Below the pieces are notes generated by a model, which made no database searches, was not told where the DNA came from, and worked only from the letters and a program-made list of their open reading frames with translations. A program made the translations under genes and the position numbers. From the human T2T-CHM13v2.0 reference genome, Homo sapiens, in the NCBI RefSeq assembly GCF_009914755.1, contig NC_060929.1: a DNA stretch of 64,000 nt; one strand, 5' to 3'. Shown piece after piece: positions 12,710-29,151 of the stretch. Every line of letters starts with the position of its first letter. Positions within the stretch are counted from its first letter, which is position 1.

Positions 12710-13805
12710 TTAGTACCAAAAAAACTCAACATAAAGAGCACTGACCTCTTTCTGCTTCACACATGTCCTTTCCTTCTGCTGGTTAATAGCAACAGTAGTC
12801 TTTTGGATGTATGGAAGCAAAGATGTCAACCAACAAGAGCTCCACCGTGTTCCTACATCCAGTCAGTCATAGGTGTCTTAATTTCTTCATCTCTAAACCA
12901 AACTGATGATATGGTAACCTTTCATTATAAACTCTCTTGAGATTAATTCCCTTGGAAGAACAACTAAACATATCTTCCCAAGGTGTAGCTCTGATTAGGT
13001 CATTACTATGTTAATACAAAACAAAAACCCAATCATTCCTAGAAACTCCATCTGCTTTTTGCTGAGTAATTGTCAGCAGTATTGATATTCAGTGCAATTT
13101 ATAATCCACTGCAATCTCACGTTTTTCTTATCTGGCCTTCTTTCTCACTCATTCTGTTTATTCACTGTATACTCACTCACCAAGTACTAAAAAAGTGTGT
13201 TGGCTTTTCCTCAGCTACCACAAAGCTGAGGTGAGAAAATGGTGGGGAGGCTCTTCAGAGAGGAGTCAACAGAGTTCTGGGGCCCTACCCTCACTTCCAC
13301 CAGAACAGCTTGATGTTTACTCAGCTGACAAATTGAGCTTATTGAAGCTTACATTTAGAGAATTGAATGATTTAGACAGTTTTAAAGATTGCTGCCTCTG
13401 GCCAACATTCATACCAACCCTTTCCAAACCTGATGCCTGTTTCCTTCCTGCCCCTAAGTATTGGGCTCTTTTCTCTTCCCTGAAATCCCTTCCACTCCAA
13501 TAGTTCTCCATAAAAAAGATTGTCAACATCCTTCCGGTCCAGACTCAAGTGACATTTTCTCCAAAAAGCTTTCTTGGATTTTTCCCGGGGAACTATGAAT
13601 TTTTCCTATTCTGAACTTTCAAAGTACTTTGGCTACATCCCATATTCTTTTGTATTGTAAATTCATGTGTGTATCTTATTTCTTTGGGGGATGTGGGGTG
13701 ATAAGGAGCCTTTTGAGAAAAAAGAAAGCATCTCAATTTGTTTTAGTGGTCTCCCACTGAGTTTACCATAGAGCTTTGAACCTAATAGTACTCAAATTTA
13801 TTGAC
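12710..13805 (+). mobile_element. Decayed L2 segments
   Basis: 'aaactcaacat...', 'cagactcaagtgacattttctcc', terminal 'tagtactcaaatttattga'. Confidence 0.45.
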
Positions 13806-14172
13806 AAAACATGTAGCACAAAGAATGTTGGGATGCTAGCACATCCTTTCCAGGGAACTCACAGAAACTCATTCCCTAGGAATATTCCAGCTTGTGACAC
13901 CACCCCTTAAGTAATTTATGAATAATTATGCTTGGGGAATAAAGAGGGTTTCTATAAGGTGTATATGTTTTTTAAAATCCCATTTCATTTATTTTTTTAA
14001 GTTATAAAATTAGCTGTAGGCACTAATATCCTAATATTTACTAGTCTTTTCAAAATAAAGATAAAGAGAATAAAAACTTAACATCAGAATCAATAAGAAA
14101 CTTTTTTAAAAGGGTTATATTTTCTGAGTAATCAAAAAAAGAAAGTTGATAGTCAGAAAAAAAGATTAATGA

Positions 14173-14544
<372 letters not shown>

Positions 14545-15424
14545 TTAATAATCCATTGTATTTCTTAAATTAGAGTAACATCATTGTCTTCTCTCTGTTC
14601 TGTGGACTCCAGAGGCATATGCCCTGTACCTTGAATGGATCACCATCAACATACCCTCCAAGTGTTCTATGGACTTTTTCCTTCCTTTTGACATTCTTTT
14701 ACAATTCTCTTTACTTTATGTTCTAATCAATCCATGCTGGCCAAAGCTGCAGTTACAGTTAATCAACGTTCATATCAACAGAGACAGAGCAATAATGAGA
14801 AACTGCTGATCAGTAATAAACAGGTTTGGGCCATGTTTTATAAATAGCTTGCAGTAAGGGAGGACTAGTCTTATTGACTTAACTCATAAACGACTTATAA
14901 TTTATTTTCAAGCCTTAACCAGGCAAGTGTATCTCAAAACAAGCAGTAGAGTGGCTGTATTTCTACTGAGAAAAGCAAAAGGTTTAAATTATTATTGAGG
15001 GTATGAGTTAAGTTGGGATGTAGGTGGGGCATAGGGAAAAGACATAATAATAAGTCAAGGTTTATGCAACAATAAAACAAACGGTACTTTTACTCTGATT
15101 TCCAACTCAAAGTCATTCTTTGAATCTAATCTAACTTTAGTTTTCTATCCAGCAATCTCATATGTTCCCAAGATAGTCTTTTGAAAATTTTTAACTGGTT
15201 AACTTTTACTTACTCCTCCAACTTGTTTATTCTTACAACAATAATGTTTAAATATGCAATTTTTAATTAATGTTTTCTCTCTTCTTTACACATATCAAAT
15301 CCAGTATAAACATTAAGTTCTATTCATATGTGGTTTCTGTTTCTGCAATGTATTTACTATTTGCACTATGCAATTAGTACATTATAAATATACTTGCCTA
15401 TTCTCTGTGTCTTTCATGGGTATT

Positions 15425-15550
15425 TTATTTTCCTCAGCAGGACAAAAAGCTACTTGAGGACAGGAACTCGGTCTTAAACTTTATACACATCCATATGGTT
15501 CTCAAAAAAATACTAAGCACCAAGTAACTACTCAAAATTACTTATTGATG
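15425..15550 (+). mobile_element. L2 3' end
   Basis: 'aagctacttgaggacaggaac...agtaactactcaaaattacttattga'. Confidence 0.55.
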
Positions 15551-17664
15551 GTCAGCTTTACAGTTGGAATTACAAGCTCAGGCTTTAAAGGGCCAAGGAG
15601 GTAGTACAAAAAATAAGATCAACAGATGTATTTGGAAATACTTTGCAAGTGAATGTGGGGTAGGGTTACATAAAGAATATAGGCCCTGACCCCAAAAAAG
15701 TAGCCACTATTCAGCTCTAACTTTTTATTGTTGCAGGAAACATGGTCTTAGCACTATCAGGTATTTTAGCTTTTCCAGAGATAGTATTGTCAAAATGCTA
15801 TTAGAATTTTTTTTTAATTTTAAATTCAGGAAATGATTTTAATTTCAACCCACCATAAAGCAAGTAAGTAATCAGATGATCTGTGCTTTGCATCTGTCTA
15901 CATTTTACCAGTTATGAATCTCAGCTTTATGAAAATTAATACTAATACATTGGTAACTTTAGTAAATTTAATTTCTAGAAGTGTCTATGTCTGTATAGTT
16001 GATAGTTCAAAGGACAGAAGTGACAATTTCTTGGGTGAAACTAAACCAGTATATGTACTGTCAATTTTCATATTGAGAGGTAAAAATTTGTTGTTTGAAT
16101 GATAATTTCTGGGAGAATTTTCCACAGGTTTATTATGGAGCATTGATTGCACTAAGGAGAAGCCCAGTCTTAATTAACATATGTAGTTATATTGTTTTCA
16201 AGAACAAAATACAGAACTAAAGAGAAATACATAATTCTTACTATAAATTGAGAGAAAATGTTTTTCACTGGATTCTTCGGTAAACTTTGGAATTGAAAAG
16301 ATGCTCTTGCTACGTTCCTCAACTATTCAATTTCTAGACTTTGACCATTCTCTCCCAGCCACAGCTGGGTGAAAGGAGTGAGAGAGAATGGAAAGAGACC
16401 TTAAAACTCTCTGTATGTACTTGTAGAAATGGGGAAACAATACATAGAAAAGATGACTCTAATTTCCTGGTTCTCTATGTTTTCCCATCAATGGATTAAA
16501 CAAAGAGACAAAAACATCAACAACATAAAAAACTATTTAGCAAAATAGAAAAAAATAGAGATGAAATACATGCTGGAGCTGTGTAAGAGTGCAAACTTAT
16601 TTTAAGCATTCTCACACACTTCCTTCTTGTTTGAGTATTATATGCTTAGAAAATGTGTTCTTAAAAATGATGGTAAAGGAAATCTAAATGTATCAAAAGG
16701 AACACATTTGGAAGAGTTAGGTGGCAAAAGGCATATCTTTCGTTTAATAAATGATACCTTTACTGTGATATATGCTGGCTGGTGATGCACTATATTTACT
16801 TTAAATGAAATTCTTTGATGCAATATTGCTTTGATTTATTGGGTGGTTTTTTGATTTAGTAGGAGACAGTTTTGAGTCAGATGGTGGAGTTGATTTACTA
16901 GAGAAGGTATTTGATTTGATAGATGATGTATCTTCTTCAGTGTTCAATAAGTAATGATTCAATAGTGAATGTCTGATTTGGTAAGTGAACTATTAGATTT
17001 GATTTTGATCTATTTTCTCAGTAAGAGATACATTTATTTTAATAGTTGATGTATCTATTTTAATGTAAAATGTGTCAAATTTATGACTCCATGTTCTTTT
17101 TTTCTGCACTTGTGATTTATGAATTTTATGACTAATATATATGTTTCAATTAAAGGTAATATGGAACATTCATTACATTCTGCAGAGTTAAATTATTCCA
17201 AAACCTATCTGAAAGTTTTTCCCCTTTTCTGATAAGATGGTTGCAGTTAGTAAGGTGATAAAATATAACTCAGCTCAAGGAAATACAAACATATCTTTGA
17301 CAGAAACAAGTTATGTGTGTGAATATGTATGCATTTAAATTAAGTTAAATTATAATACATACACTAGGTTAATAAATAAATTTTCCATTTTTCTTTCTGC
17401 CCTTCAAAAGTGGCTACTCCAGTTACTATTCTCAAGTTTTCATCTTCTCTAATAAAAAGCTTGCTGATTTTTTTTTTCATTTAAAAATACTGATTAGCCT
17501 GGCTACTACCTTTGGATTTACTTTCAGCTTTCCTTATCATGACTTATTGCCTGAAATTTATAGATTGATAGATGAATTACTATACACTGCAAAAAATAAT
17601 TCTACTTGATACAGTTTTGAACCAGCATTCATAATGTTTGCTTAAGATGTGATTCACTGAATCT

Positions 17665-17948
17665 GACCGAGCGCAGTGGCTCATACCTTTGGGAGTGCAG
17701 TGGCAGTCCACTTGGTCAGGAGTTTGAGACCAGCCTTGCCAACATGCTGAAACCCTGTCTCTACTAAAAGTACACGAATTAGCCAGGCGTGGTTGCGCGT
17801 GCTTGTAGTCCCAGCTCCTCGGGAGGCTGAGGCAGGAGAATCACTTGAACCTGGGAGGCAGAGGTTTCAATGAGCCGAGATGATGCCCCTGCACTCCAGC
17901 CTGGGTGACAGAGCGATATTCTGTCTCAAAAAAAAAAAAAAAAAAAAA
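17665..17948 (+). mobile_element. AluS with internally deleted/scrambled left arm
   Basis: Alu right arm and A-tail intact; left arm lacks 'gtaatcccagcact'; TSD core attcactgaatct at 17652-17664 and 17958-17970. Confidence 0.95.
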
Positions 17949-18045
17949 GAGGGTGTAATTCACTGAATCTGATTAGAAAAGCTACACATCTTTATCACAT
18001 AAGCTGAAATATAAAATGTGACCAAATTTGAAGGAAGTAAAATAC

Positions 18046-18079
18046 CTGATATACGCCATCTTAGAGAATTTCACGGTGT
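18046..18079 (-). other. Candidate 34-nt internal exon of an unidentified (probably non-coding) transcript
   Basis: ~40-nt polypyrimidine tract + ttag|ACACCGTG...TATCAG|gtattt; two CpGs in a CpG-poor background. Confidence 0.4.
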
Positions 18080-18261
18080 CTAAGAAAACACAGTAAAAAA
18101 GAAAAAGAAAAAAAAGAAAATATGATGAAACACAAATTATGTTCTATGCTTCTTTAATGATGTGGTCTGTTCCTTGGGTAGCTGTGCTTGGCTTTCATTT
18201 GTCTCACAATAAAGGCAAGTATAAATAGATGCACATTACTTGTTAGTACATCACAAAGAGA

Positions 18262-18476
18262 AGCAGCAGCATGGCATACGGGTCAGAATACAGACTGGGT
18301 TCGCCAGCCCAGGTTTTCATCCTGGCTCTGGCCTAATTCTGTCCTCATGGGAAGTTATTTAACCTATTAGTGTGTCACTTATTTCATTTTTAAAGTATAG
18401 ATAAAACTTGTAATGGTTATTAGGGTTAGTATTTGTAAAGAACCTAGAGCAGTAAGTACTATGTAAGTGTTTATTA
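18262..18476 (+). mobile_element. MIR
   Basis: 'agcatggcatacgggtcag...atcctggctctg...aagttatttaacct...tttgtaaagaacctagagcag'. Confidence 0.7.
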
Positions 18477-19254
18477 AATTAAAATAAAACACAAATAGGG
18501 CTTTCAGAAAACCAAAATGAAGACTACTTATGAAAAACCAAGGAATTAGATTACAGACCTGGTTTGTATGATCTCATCTCTTTATTGAAACTCTGCAATT
18601 ATCCTGATACACATGTCAGTGAATTACTACATTAGGCATTGAGATTCTGCCCTACTCTTTGATAAACTAAATTTGAAGATCTTAACCTGAATGTCTATGA
18701 ATTGGATAAAGGACTAAATAAAATTCTGGTAGTTCCTACCACAGATTAAAAAGCAGCGGTGAAAAAGAATAATCTCCACATACATGAACATGGATATATG
18801 TGTGCATGTTTATATAAAAAGTTAAAAAGGTATGGAAACACAGTAATAATAATATTTTTCTTGAAGACGTTTAAGGGGATCAAAATAAACAGTAATGGTC
18901 AAAGGAGATTTTTGCTTTATAATACTTTAAAAAAATCACCTATTTCTGTATTAAATTAATATTAAATACTAATTTAAAATGGAATATTCCATAAAATGAT
19001 CTAGTCGATGAAAAAAATTGTAAGAAGTTTTAATCAGTCTTTATTTTTGCTACCATATGCTTGGTTAGCCCAAATTAAAAACATATATTTTTGTATGACT
19101 GATTTTTATATTCTGAGTTTAAAAATATCTCAGTTCAGAATTTCCTTTAAGTATATATATCCTTGTAAATTTTCTACCTAAGTAGAAGTCTAGCTGAAGT
19201 TGATATCATAAAAGAAGTCAGTCTTCTGTTTTTTTTTTAGTTTTTTAGATAGCC

Positions 19255-19855
<601 letters not shown>

Positions 19856-20409
19856 CTCCTGGGGATTAAAACATGTATTTATTTTTAAATATTCCATGAT
19901 TCATAGTATGTTTAAATACTGAATTATGGCATGTAAACTGGGTGAGACATGAGACTATAAAGAAGACTGCAGGTAGTAATGGCAGAAAAAGCTCTTGCAA
20001 TCTCCACAGTTGCTTATGACATTTCACTGCCATTGAGGGGTGAGCTGATACCTAATGGGAATTATATAAGGAAGTCACATGCTTCCTTCCAGTCCCTTAG
20101 ACAACCCAAGTCTAGAGCAACAGGAAGGAGCTATGGAAGGCTTGTTAGGGATAGTGAAGGAAACACCATCCATATCCTAGCATGTGTTTTTAGTTTCAAT
20201 GATGCATGCCCAAAAAACCTAATTGGCCCAGTGCTTAGAGGAACTACCTTCATCTCTTAAAACCAATATTCATTTTTTTCTCAAAGATAAGCATCTTACT
20301 AAGAAAAATTAATACAGCACATTTTATTCCCAGAAGAAACACATTATCTTTTTAGAAAGAAAAATTAAATAGAATATACTTCCTGTTTAGTAAACAGAGT
20401 AGAAGCAAC

Positions 20410-21060
20410 AGTAATTGCACATCAAGGGCTGACCTTTTTCCAGGCATCGTGCTAAGCACTTACCAAGTAAACTATCTTGTATTCATACTTTAACCTGATA
20501 AGGTGGCAATTCCTATTTGACAGAAAAGGACACAGAAGTTTGGAGGGTTCAACGAAAGGTGACATGACTATTTCTCAAGGATAATGTAGAAAGTATTACC
20601 ATATCAGAAGGAAGACTGTAATAAATAATCTCGAAGATCCCATTTAAATCTAAGTTTCTAAAATGTGCATTATTTTATTCCATTTTTATTGAAAATGCAG
20701 TCCTTAGTTATGCTGATATGCAGATAGACACTCTCGTCCACAGTAATACAGTTAGGAAAGCGAGCTGCCATTTTGACTTTGTGCTCCTCAGCCCTGTTTA
20801 TCAGCACAATGCTTATAACTACATACCTGCCTCCCTGTTCTCACTGATGTCCTTCCTGAAACAGTGGTACTAGGAATAGAGGAATAAGAATCGTGGTAGA
20901 CACCAGCATTATCTTTCACTTACGGTGCAACGTGTTACCTCATTTAATTCTCCTATCAACCCCACACAATAACCTGTGAAGGACGTACTATCTTATGGAT
21001 GGGGACATGAAGTCTAGAGCAGTTAAGTGTCTTGTATTTAAGATCCCACAGCTAGCATAT
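20410..21060 (-). mobile_element. Two antisense MIR fragments (~20410-20570 and ~20915-21060)
   Basis: 'ccaggcatcgtgctaagcactt', 'ctcatttaattctc...aacctgtgaagg', 'aagatcccacagctag'. Confidence 0.6.
20827..20869 (-). other. Candidate 43-nt exon
   Basis: ttcttattcctctattcctag|TACCAC...GAGGCAG|gtatgt. Confidence 0.3.
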
Positions 21061-22308
21061 TAATTATGCTCTGTCATTTGACTTCTTCTACCCTGCTGCT
21101 CTGCCCATTATGCTAATCCCCCAGGCCTGGTAAAAGCCCTGAGTGCTGCAGAATATAAACAGAATCTGCCTTAGGAAGATGAAACTATAGGGGACATTTA
21201 TACTTTCAAACTTTTGGCCATCCCATAAACATACGAATACCTTGTGAAAAACCGAAAAAGTAATCAGCATGCCCAGTTAGTCCAAACAATCTTCAACATG
21301 TCCTAAGTATCCTTTAATCCTTATCCCAAAGGGTCTACTTAGGCTGTGATAAAGTCCTCAGAGAGGTCACTCATCAAACTTACACCTATCCAAATCATAC
21401 CTGTCTTTAAAACATTTTTCCAAGTCCCTCCCCAAACCAAGGGAACTTTCAGTGACTTGCATTTTAATTTCTTGCTTCTCTGAACTCCTGCTGCATTTAC
21501 ATAGAATCTAATACAATTAAATTCTCAACAGACTCTTAGCCTTAAAAAAATATGTATTCGATTTTTTCCATCTTATATAATAATGGGAAACTTCTCAAGA
21601 AAACACTGTGTTCTAAAGATAGACGTTAATTTCAAAAAAGATGGCAAAAAATGAGGAAAAAATATTAGGAGATTCTTAGGAAAAATGCATTGCAGCTAAA
21701 TGTCACTCCGGTATTCTAACCCACTGTATTTTCAACCTTTCTGTAGAAATAAAATAGGGAGATAATGAAAAAAGAAATAACGGAGTGAGAAAAGATACGT
21801 TTAAAAAAGAGATACAATTGAAAAGCAGAAGATCATTAAAACAAGTAAAACTGAAACTCAGACTAAATTACATACAGTCTTGCTATGGTTTTGACATCTT
21901 TCCTGCCCTTATTTTTTAACAGTATGACAATTTTTCCAGTTTCCATAGTAGTATTAAAATGTTGAACTCCTGAAATGCAGCCACAAATGTGGCCTAGAAG
22001 TTGAAGGAGTTTTGAATTGTCAGATAGTACATGGATCATTAGCCATTTTCAGGAAGAAAGGGGCCAAAAAATGGATTTTGACATAAGTAAAGTTGAGAAC
22101 ATGATTCATGAGCTTGTTCCAAAGATTCTTTCTGGGTTATTTAAAGCACTCAGCTGAATAGATTTTACTGGTTCATTTTCCTAAGCAAAGTCATGTTTCT
22201 TGAGGGGTAGAAAGAGTAAAGGGGTACAGAGAGCAAATTCTCAGTTTTACATTACAGTAAATTATTAAAACGTGACATTTTATGACTTAAAATAATTTTA
22301 AAGAAGAC

Positions 22309-22689
22309 TGTTATTGGCTGAATTGTGTTCCTTTAAAATTCATATATTGAAACCTTAGCCCTCTGTTTTTCATAGTGTAACTATATTTGAAGATAGAGCC
22401 TTTAAAGAGGTAATTAGGTTAAAATGAGGCTGTTGAAGTAGACCTTAATCCAATCAACTGGTGTCCTTAGCAGAAAACAAACTCTGGACACACAAAGAGA
22501 CAACCATGTGAAGAGGCAGCAGTAGGGCAGCCATCTGCAAGCCAAGGAGAGAGGCCTCAGAGAAAAACCTACCCTGCTGGCACCTTAGTCTTGGACTTCC
22601 AGCCTCCAAAACTCTGAGAAAATAAATTTCTGATGTTTGACCACACAGCCTGTGGCATTTTTTAATGGTAGCTCTAGCAAACTACTACA
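22309..22689 (+). mobile_element. MaLR solo LTR, MLT1B-like
   Basis: TG...CA ends; 'gccatctgcaagccaaggagagaggcctcag'; AATAAA at ~22621; 5-bp TSD aagac/aagat. Confidence 0.92.
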
Positions 22690-23279
22690 AAGATCTAGAA
22701 GAAAACTTGCATTGCAAGCCTGTTACAAATAACAAATCTGCATTTTCTAAGTATAATTATTCTCACATCAAATTACTTTATGTTTAAGTGATAACAATTT
22801 ATTTTATGTAGCTAACTAAAAAGTGATGCTTCTTTCAATTTTAGAATATTTGCTCTGAAGTAAAGTAAAACTGTGTAATTTAAATAATTTCCCACCCATG
22901 TCTACATTTTCACCATAATTGAAATGATGGAAGTACAATGAAGTAATGAAGTTTGGAAGTATTGTATATATGTAGACATAAAATTTTAACTTTTCTTAAC
23001 ATCAACAACAACAAATAGGTGCTTTTATTTGGAGGCAGAGCCATGGGTTAGGACTAGAAAAAGTAGATGCAACATTATTTTAAAAAGAAAAAAAGTGCTC
23101 ATTTTTCTGTGCTTGTTTCTTCATTAGCACATGAAAGAACTAAATAAACAGATCTAATATTGTAAAATAGAATTTGCAAGAAAGTACATATTTTGCTGAA
23201 CTATGCTATAGATAAGTTCTTTACTTGTCTTTCCCAAAATCTTTTCGTTATTTTGAAGATATAATTAAAATAATTATAA

Positions 23280-23473
23280 AGTAATAACAGCACGTATTAT
23301 GCACATCATATATACCACAAATAATGAAATTGGTACAATTCTTACCCCTGTTTTACATATGAGGTTATTTAAGCATAGGCAGATTAAATAAATTGCCAAA
23401 GATTTCATCTTATAAGCCAGGAATGGATCATAAATAATTATCCTCTAGAGCCCAAACTCTTAGCTTCTATGCT
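23280..23473 (-). mobile_element. MIR
   Basis: 'cccctgttttacatatgagg...agattaaataaattgccaaag...tctagagcccaaactctta'. Confidence 0.6.
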
Positions 23474-24871
23474 TTATTGAATTAAATTAAATATACTCTA
23501 ATTTTTTGAAATCATTTGAAACAGTGCCTTTGCACAAAGACCTAAATATACTGTGAGTCAAATTTACCCTTTACAACTTTAGAAATAGCATATTGTTAAA
23601 TCAAATTTGGTCAGCCTATAGGGATGAAACAAGCGTCTACAAAAAGTTCCCTCTATAAGTTTTATTTATAAGAAATACCGTATTTAGTTTTCTTTACCTT
23701 TGCATATTGTATTTCCCTTCCTTCCTAAACATTCAAGTAACTCTTCCTATATTCATTAGCTCAAAAGTAGAATTTTCCACCCCTCTCCAGTTCATTTAGA
23801 TTCTAAAGTTCATATTAGCTCCTAAGTTTGTTGAAGTTGTTTATACTTTATGCAAATTTACTTGGTTCCTCTCATTTTAACCTAAAATTCAAAACTCCAT
23901 TACCTGAGTGCTTTCCTTGAGGTTCACAGCCAATGTTTCTGTTTTCATGAGATTCCATTCATATAGCATATTTTTCTTCCATACCTCTGGTTCCTCAGTC
24001 AGCTCATATTACTGATTGCTTCCATTCTTTTATAACATTTGAAATTTACCTTAAGTGTTGGTAATCCTCTCCCCCAGCTTCATTTAAGGAGCAGGTATCA
24101 AATTAACTCTGATTCTGCCATTATATACGTTATGAAATTCCTGTCTACTGGGATTTTGATTTGTGAAATCTACATTCCATGTTGCTTAAAAGATACTGAT
24201 ATCTACAAAGATGCATCATTCTGGATTCTGAAAATGTGAATTGGATATAATTTCTATAAAAAATATGGCTACATTTTAGTTTGAGCATTCCTTCATTGAA
24301 AATGATTTTTTAATATCTCGTACTTTTCCATCTCTTAAAAAATGTCATATTCTTAACCCAAATCTGGTCTTCTGAACTTTGTGGTTGATAATGTCATTTT
24401 GTCATTAATGTGCATTTAATTGATCGATTTTATACTTCCAATATTGATCAATTTTATATTTGCAATTTTAGCTATTATTCGGGGTACATAAACATTGACC
24501 AGGATCTTCAAGGAACTTACAGTTAAATAGAAAATTTTTATTAATATTGAAATTTTTTTTGATCTTTGAAGATGAGATTTATTCAGCATAAAACCACTTG
24601 ATAGTTCTCATAAAATTAATTTCTATTATTTTAAAACAGATGTCTTCTTATCAAAATAGTCTTTCTTGATGTTATTAGCATAACTAGGCGCATGGGAGAC
24701 AAATACTATTTTGCAATGATTTGCCTTGCATTTATCTGCCTTCTGGAGGAAAATATTTCTTAATGGCACTGGCCTGGTATTATCAGTCATGAGAGAAAAG
24801 CCAAAATTTCACATAAGCTACCAAAAAAAAAATAATAACTAAACATGGGATAATACCCACCCATTTACTCT

Positions 24872-25685
24872 ATTTCATTCATTCAACCAATTCCTTTTTT
24901 TTTTTTTTTTTTTTTTTAAAGGCAGGGCTACTATGTGCCAGTAATAAAGGTAATAGATGTTTGGGCTCAGTCAATGAACCAAAGAAACTAGAGACAGACA
25001 ATAAAAAATAAACATGAAAAGCATGATATGTCAGAAGATAAGGGCTATGGAAAAAATATTTTTATATACAGCATAAAGTCTATTAATTTTAAAAATGGAT
25101 CAGAATAATAAGAGAGGCTGAGCATATGAGAAATGCTCAAATTTAAGGGGATTAAAGTAGACCACTGTATTGAGTAAATACTTAAAAAAAGTACAGAAGT
25201 TAGTTTATATAGCTATCTTAGGGAAGAGAATTCCAAGCAGAGGGCATAGCCCAAGCAAAGAACTACAGTGGGAAGAAGCCCATATGTTGGAGAAAGAACA
25301 AGAGGGCCACTGAGGCTAGAATGAAGTAAGCCAAGAGACAGTGGTAAGAAAGTAGTTCAGACAGGTCAGCAGCAGGGGTTGGGTAGGGAGACAGATCATG
25401 TAGGGCCTTGAGGACCATTGTATTGATAAGAATTTGGACTTTGTATTAGAGTGAATGGAAGAGCTATTGCAGAGTGTAAAGTGAAGGAATGGCACAGCCT
25501 TGTACTTTACTTTCTGTTTTTTTCTGTGACAAAATATACTTTGTTCAACAAGGAGAGCAACAAGGAAACTAGAGAGATGACTACAGAAATCCTGTTGAGA
25601 AGATGGTAACTGTGACTAGAGGACTATGACCAGTCTAAACAGACTGAGAGCGAAGTGAGTTGCAGTGGTCAGATTCTGAAGACAC
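24872..25685 (-). mobile_element. L2 (3' part); continues at ~27832-28420 after nested insertions
   Basis: 'ttcattcattcaacca...tactatgtgccag' is the antisense L2 tail; 'cagatcatgtagggccttg', 'gtggtcagattctg'. Confidence 0.75.
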
Positions 25686-25719
25686 CCACATAAATATGCT
25701 TATGTAATAATCTTTTCTC

Positions 25720-26700
<981 letters not shown>

Positions 26701-26955
26701 ACAGATGCTAGAACGATGTACAGTCAGAGGCCATTTGAAATATTGTTTTTATTCTGAGTGGAATTTTAACCATTTGATATACAGGTAGATGACTTTGTTT
26801 CCATTTGTTTTCAATTGTGAGGTCTGTTTTATTTATTTTTGAATTTATAAAACATTCTCATGGTTCAAAAGTCAAAAAGTTACTAATAAGTATACTTACC
26901 AAAATCTTACTCCATCCATATGCTCTCTACCTTATACTCTTTCACCCCTGTAGAT

Positions 26956-27173
26956 AAGGGGGTGACAAATTTGTAAAAGGCCAATGAATAAATACTTTAG
27001 ACTTTACAGGCCATATAGTGGTCCCCATGGCACTACCCAATTCCGCTGTTGTAGAATTGTGAGAAAGCAACCACAGGCAATATATACCTAAATGGGTATG
27101 GCTGTGGCCCAATAAAGCTATATGTAAAAACGTGATTGTTTTTGGCCTGTGGGTCATATTTTGCTGAGCTATG
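26956..27173 (+). mobile_element. MER58A-like hAT-Charlie MITE
   Basis: 'aaatactttagactttacaggccata...gggtatggctgtggcccaataaagct...tttggcctgtgggtcatattttgc'. Confidence 0.8.
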
Positions 27174-27347
27174 CAGCCACATTCATTGTTTCTTTTTGTA
27201 TCTTATTTTTCTTCCTTAAACAAAAATAGCATAGTGTATACACTGTTCTCTAATTTTATTTAAATCACACACCGCCACGCACACACTCCCAAGCATAATA
27301 TCCATGAATATTCTCCTAATTCTTTTTTATAATTATATAGTGAATAA

Positions 27348-27433
27348 ACACACACACACATATGTGTGTGTATATATATGTATGTGTGTGTGTGTACATA
27401 TATATGTATATATGTGTAATGTATGTGTTTGTG

Positions 27434-27482
<49 letters not shown>
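27348..27482 (+). repeat. Compound microsatellite: (CA)n/(TG)/(TA) mix followed by perfect (TAGA)12
   Basis: Read directly; the TAGA run spans 27434-27481. Confidence 0.97.
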
Positions 27483-27831
27483 GGATATTCAGAGGAGATT
27501 CCTGGAAGTAGAACTGTCGGGCCAAAAGGAAACACATCTGTAATTCTGTTCAGTATTTCAAAATTCCTCTCCACATAGGCTGTACCATTTTGCACTCCCA
27601 ATGTCAAATATATGAGCATGCTGATTTTTTCTCAGTCTTGCCAACAGATTGTGCTGTCAAGCTTTTGAACTTTTGCCAAGATTATATATGAGAAATAGTA
27701 TCTCAGTGTAGCTTTAATTCTCATTTATCTTATTATGAATGAAATTGAACATCTTTTCATACACTGAAGGGCCATTAGCTGTTCTGCTTCTGTGAACTGT
27801 CTGTTCTTTTGTGCTCCTTTTTTTATTGGGT

Positions 27832-28420
27832 TTCAGGATGTATTTTCAAATTAGAGCCAACTGGGTTTTCTAACAGATTGAATGTGATGTTTGAGAAAAT
27901 AGATAAATCGAGTATAATCAACGTCTTTGTATTCCGCAACTGGAAAGATTAAGCTACCTTTAAGTGGGATGAGGAAAGGTGTGGTTAAGGCAGCTTTCAG
28001 ATTATCAGATCAAGGGATCAAGAGTTCAGGTTTGGACATTGTTGAGTTAATGCTGTCTATTAAATATCCAAATAAAGAAAAAGAGAGGTATCAGGATATG
28101 AGTCTAGATGTGGTAGAGAAGTCTGTACTAGAGATGGAAAGCTAGGATTCATTGCATAGAGATGTGAGTGAGTACCATGAGACTAATGAGGTCACAAAGT
28201 GAGTGTGGGTAGAGATGAGAAGAAAACCAAGGATTGAGCCCTGAATCTTTTGATATTAAAGGTTAGAGAGAAAAGAAACTCCAGTACACCACCAGTAAGG
28301 TAGAAGGAAATCAAGAGAATAAGGCATCCTGAAGGCAAGTAAAGAATCTGTATAGAAGAGAAATACATGACCAAGGCTGGTAATAAGTTTAGGAAGATGA
28401 GGACAGTAATTTAGCATTTT
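27832..28420 (-). mobile_element. L2 continuation
   Basis: 'tagagccaactgggttttctaacagattgaatgtg', 'agagttcaggtttggacattgttgagtt', 'aaccaaggattgagccctg'. Confidence 0.75.
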
Positions 28421-28785
28421 ATGTTAAGTTGTGATATTTACTTATTTATTACTAAATTTTAAATTTAATGGCCTTGGAAGGCAACAGTTTGATAGAGGGG
28501 AAAGCTATAAAATCTGATGATTTTGTCAGACTGGAAAGCAAATTAAATAATCCTTGAATTTAGAGAAGGCAACCAGAAGTTGATTGCAACAGGAAATCAT
28601 CCTCATTGTATGTCAGTAATAAATCCCCCTTGAACCTATGCAAAATGCTTCTTTATAGAAATGTAATATAATATTCGTTTTTCTCTCCCCTTCAGTTAAA
28701 GTCTAGTATTTGCTATATAGCCACGTCTTAGAAAGTTCCAAACAACAATAATAATCCCTTCTTCGAGAAAATTATAATTTACAGG

Positions 28786-29151
<366 letters not shown>

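Larger units (their letters stand above)
26825..27830 (-). mobile_element. L1ME-type 3' fragment, interrupted by MER58A and a microsatellite
   Basis: 'catggttcaaaagtcaaaa'; antisense ORF2 end 'gctgtaccattttgcactccca...gaaatagtatctcagtgtagctttaatt'. Confidence 0.7.
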
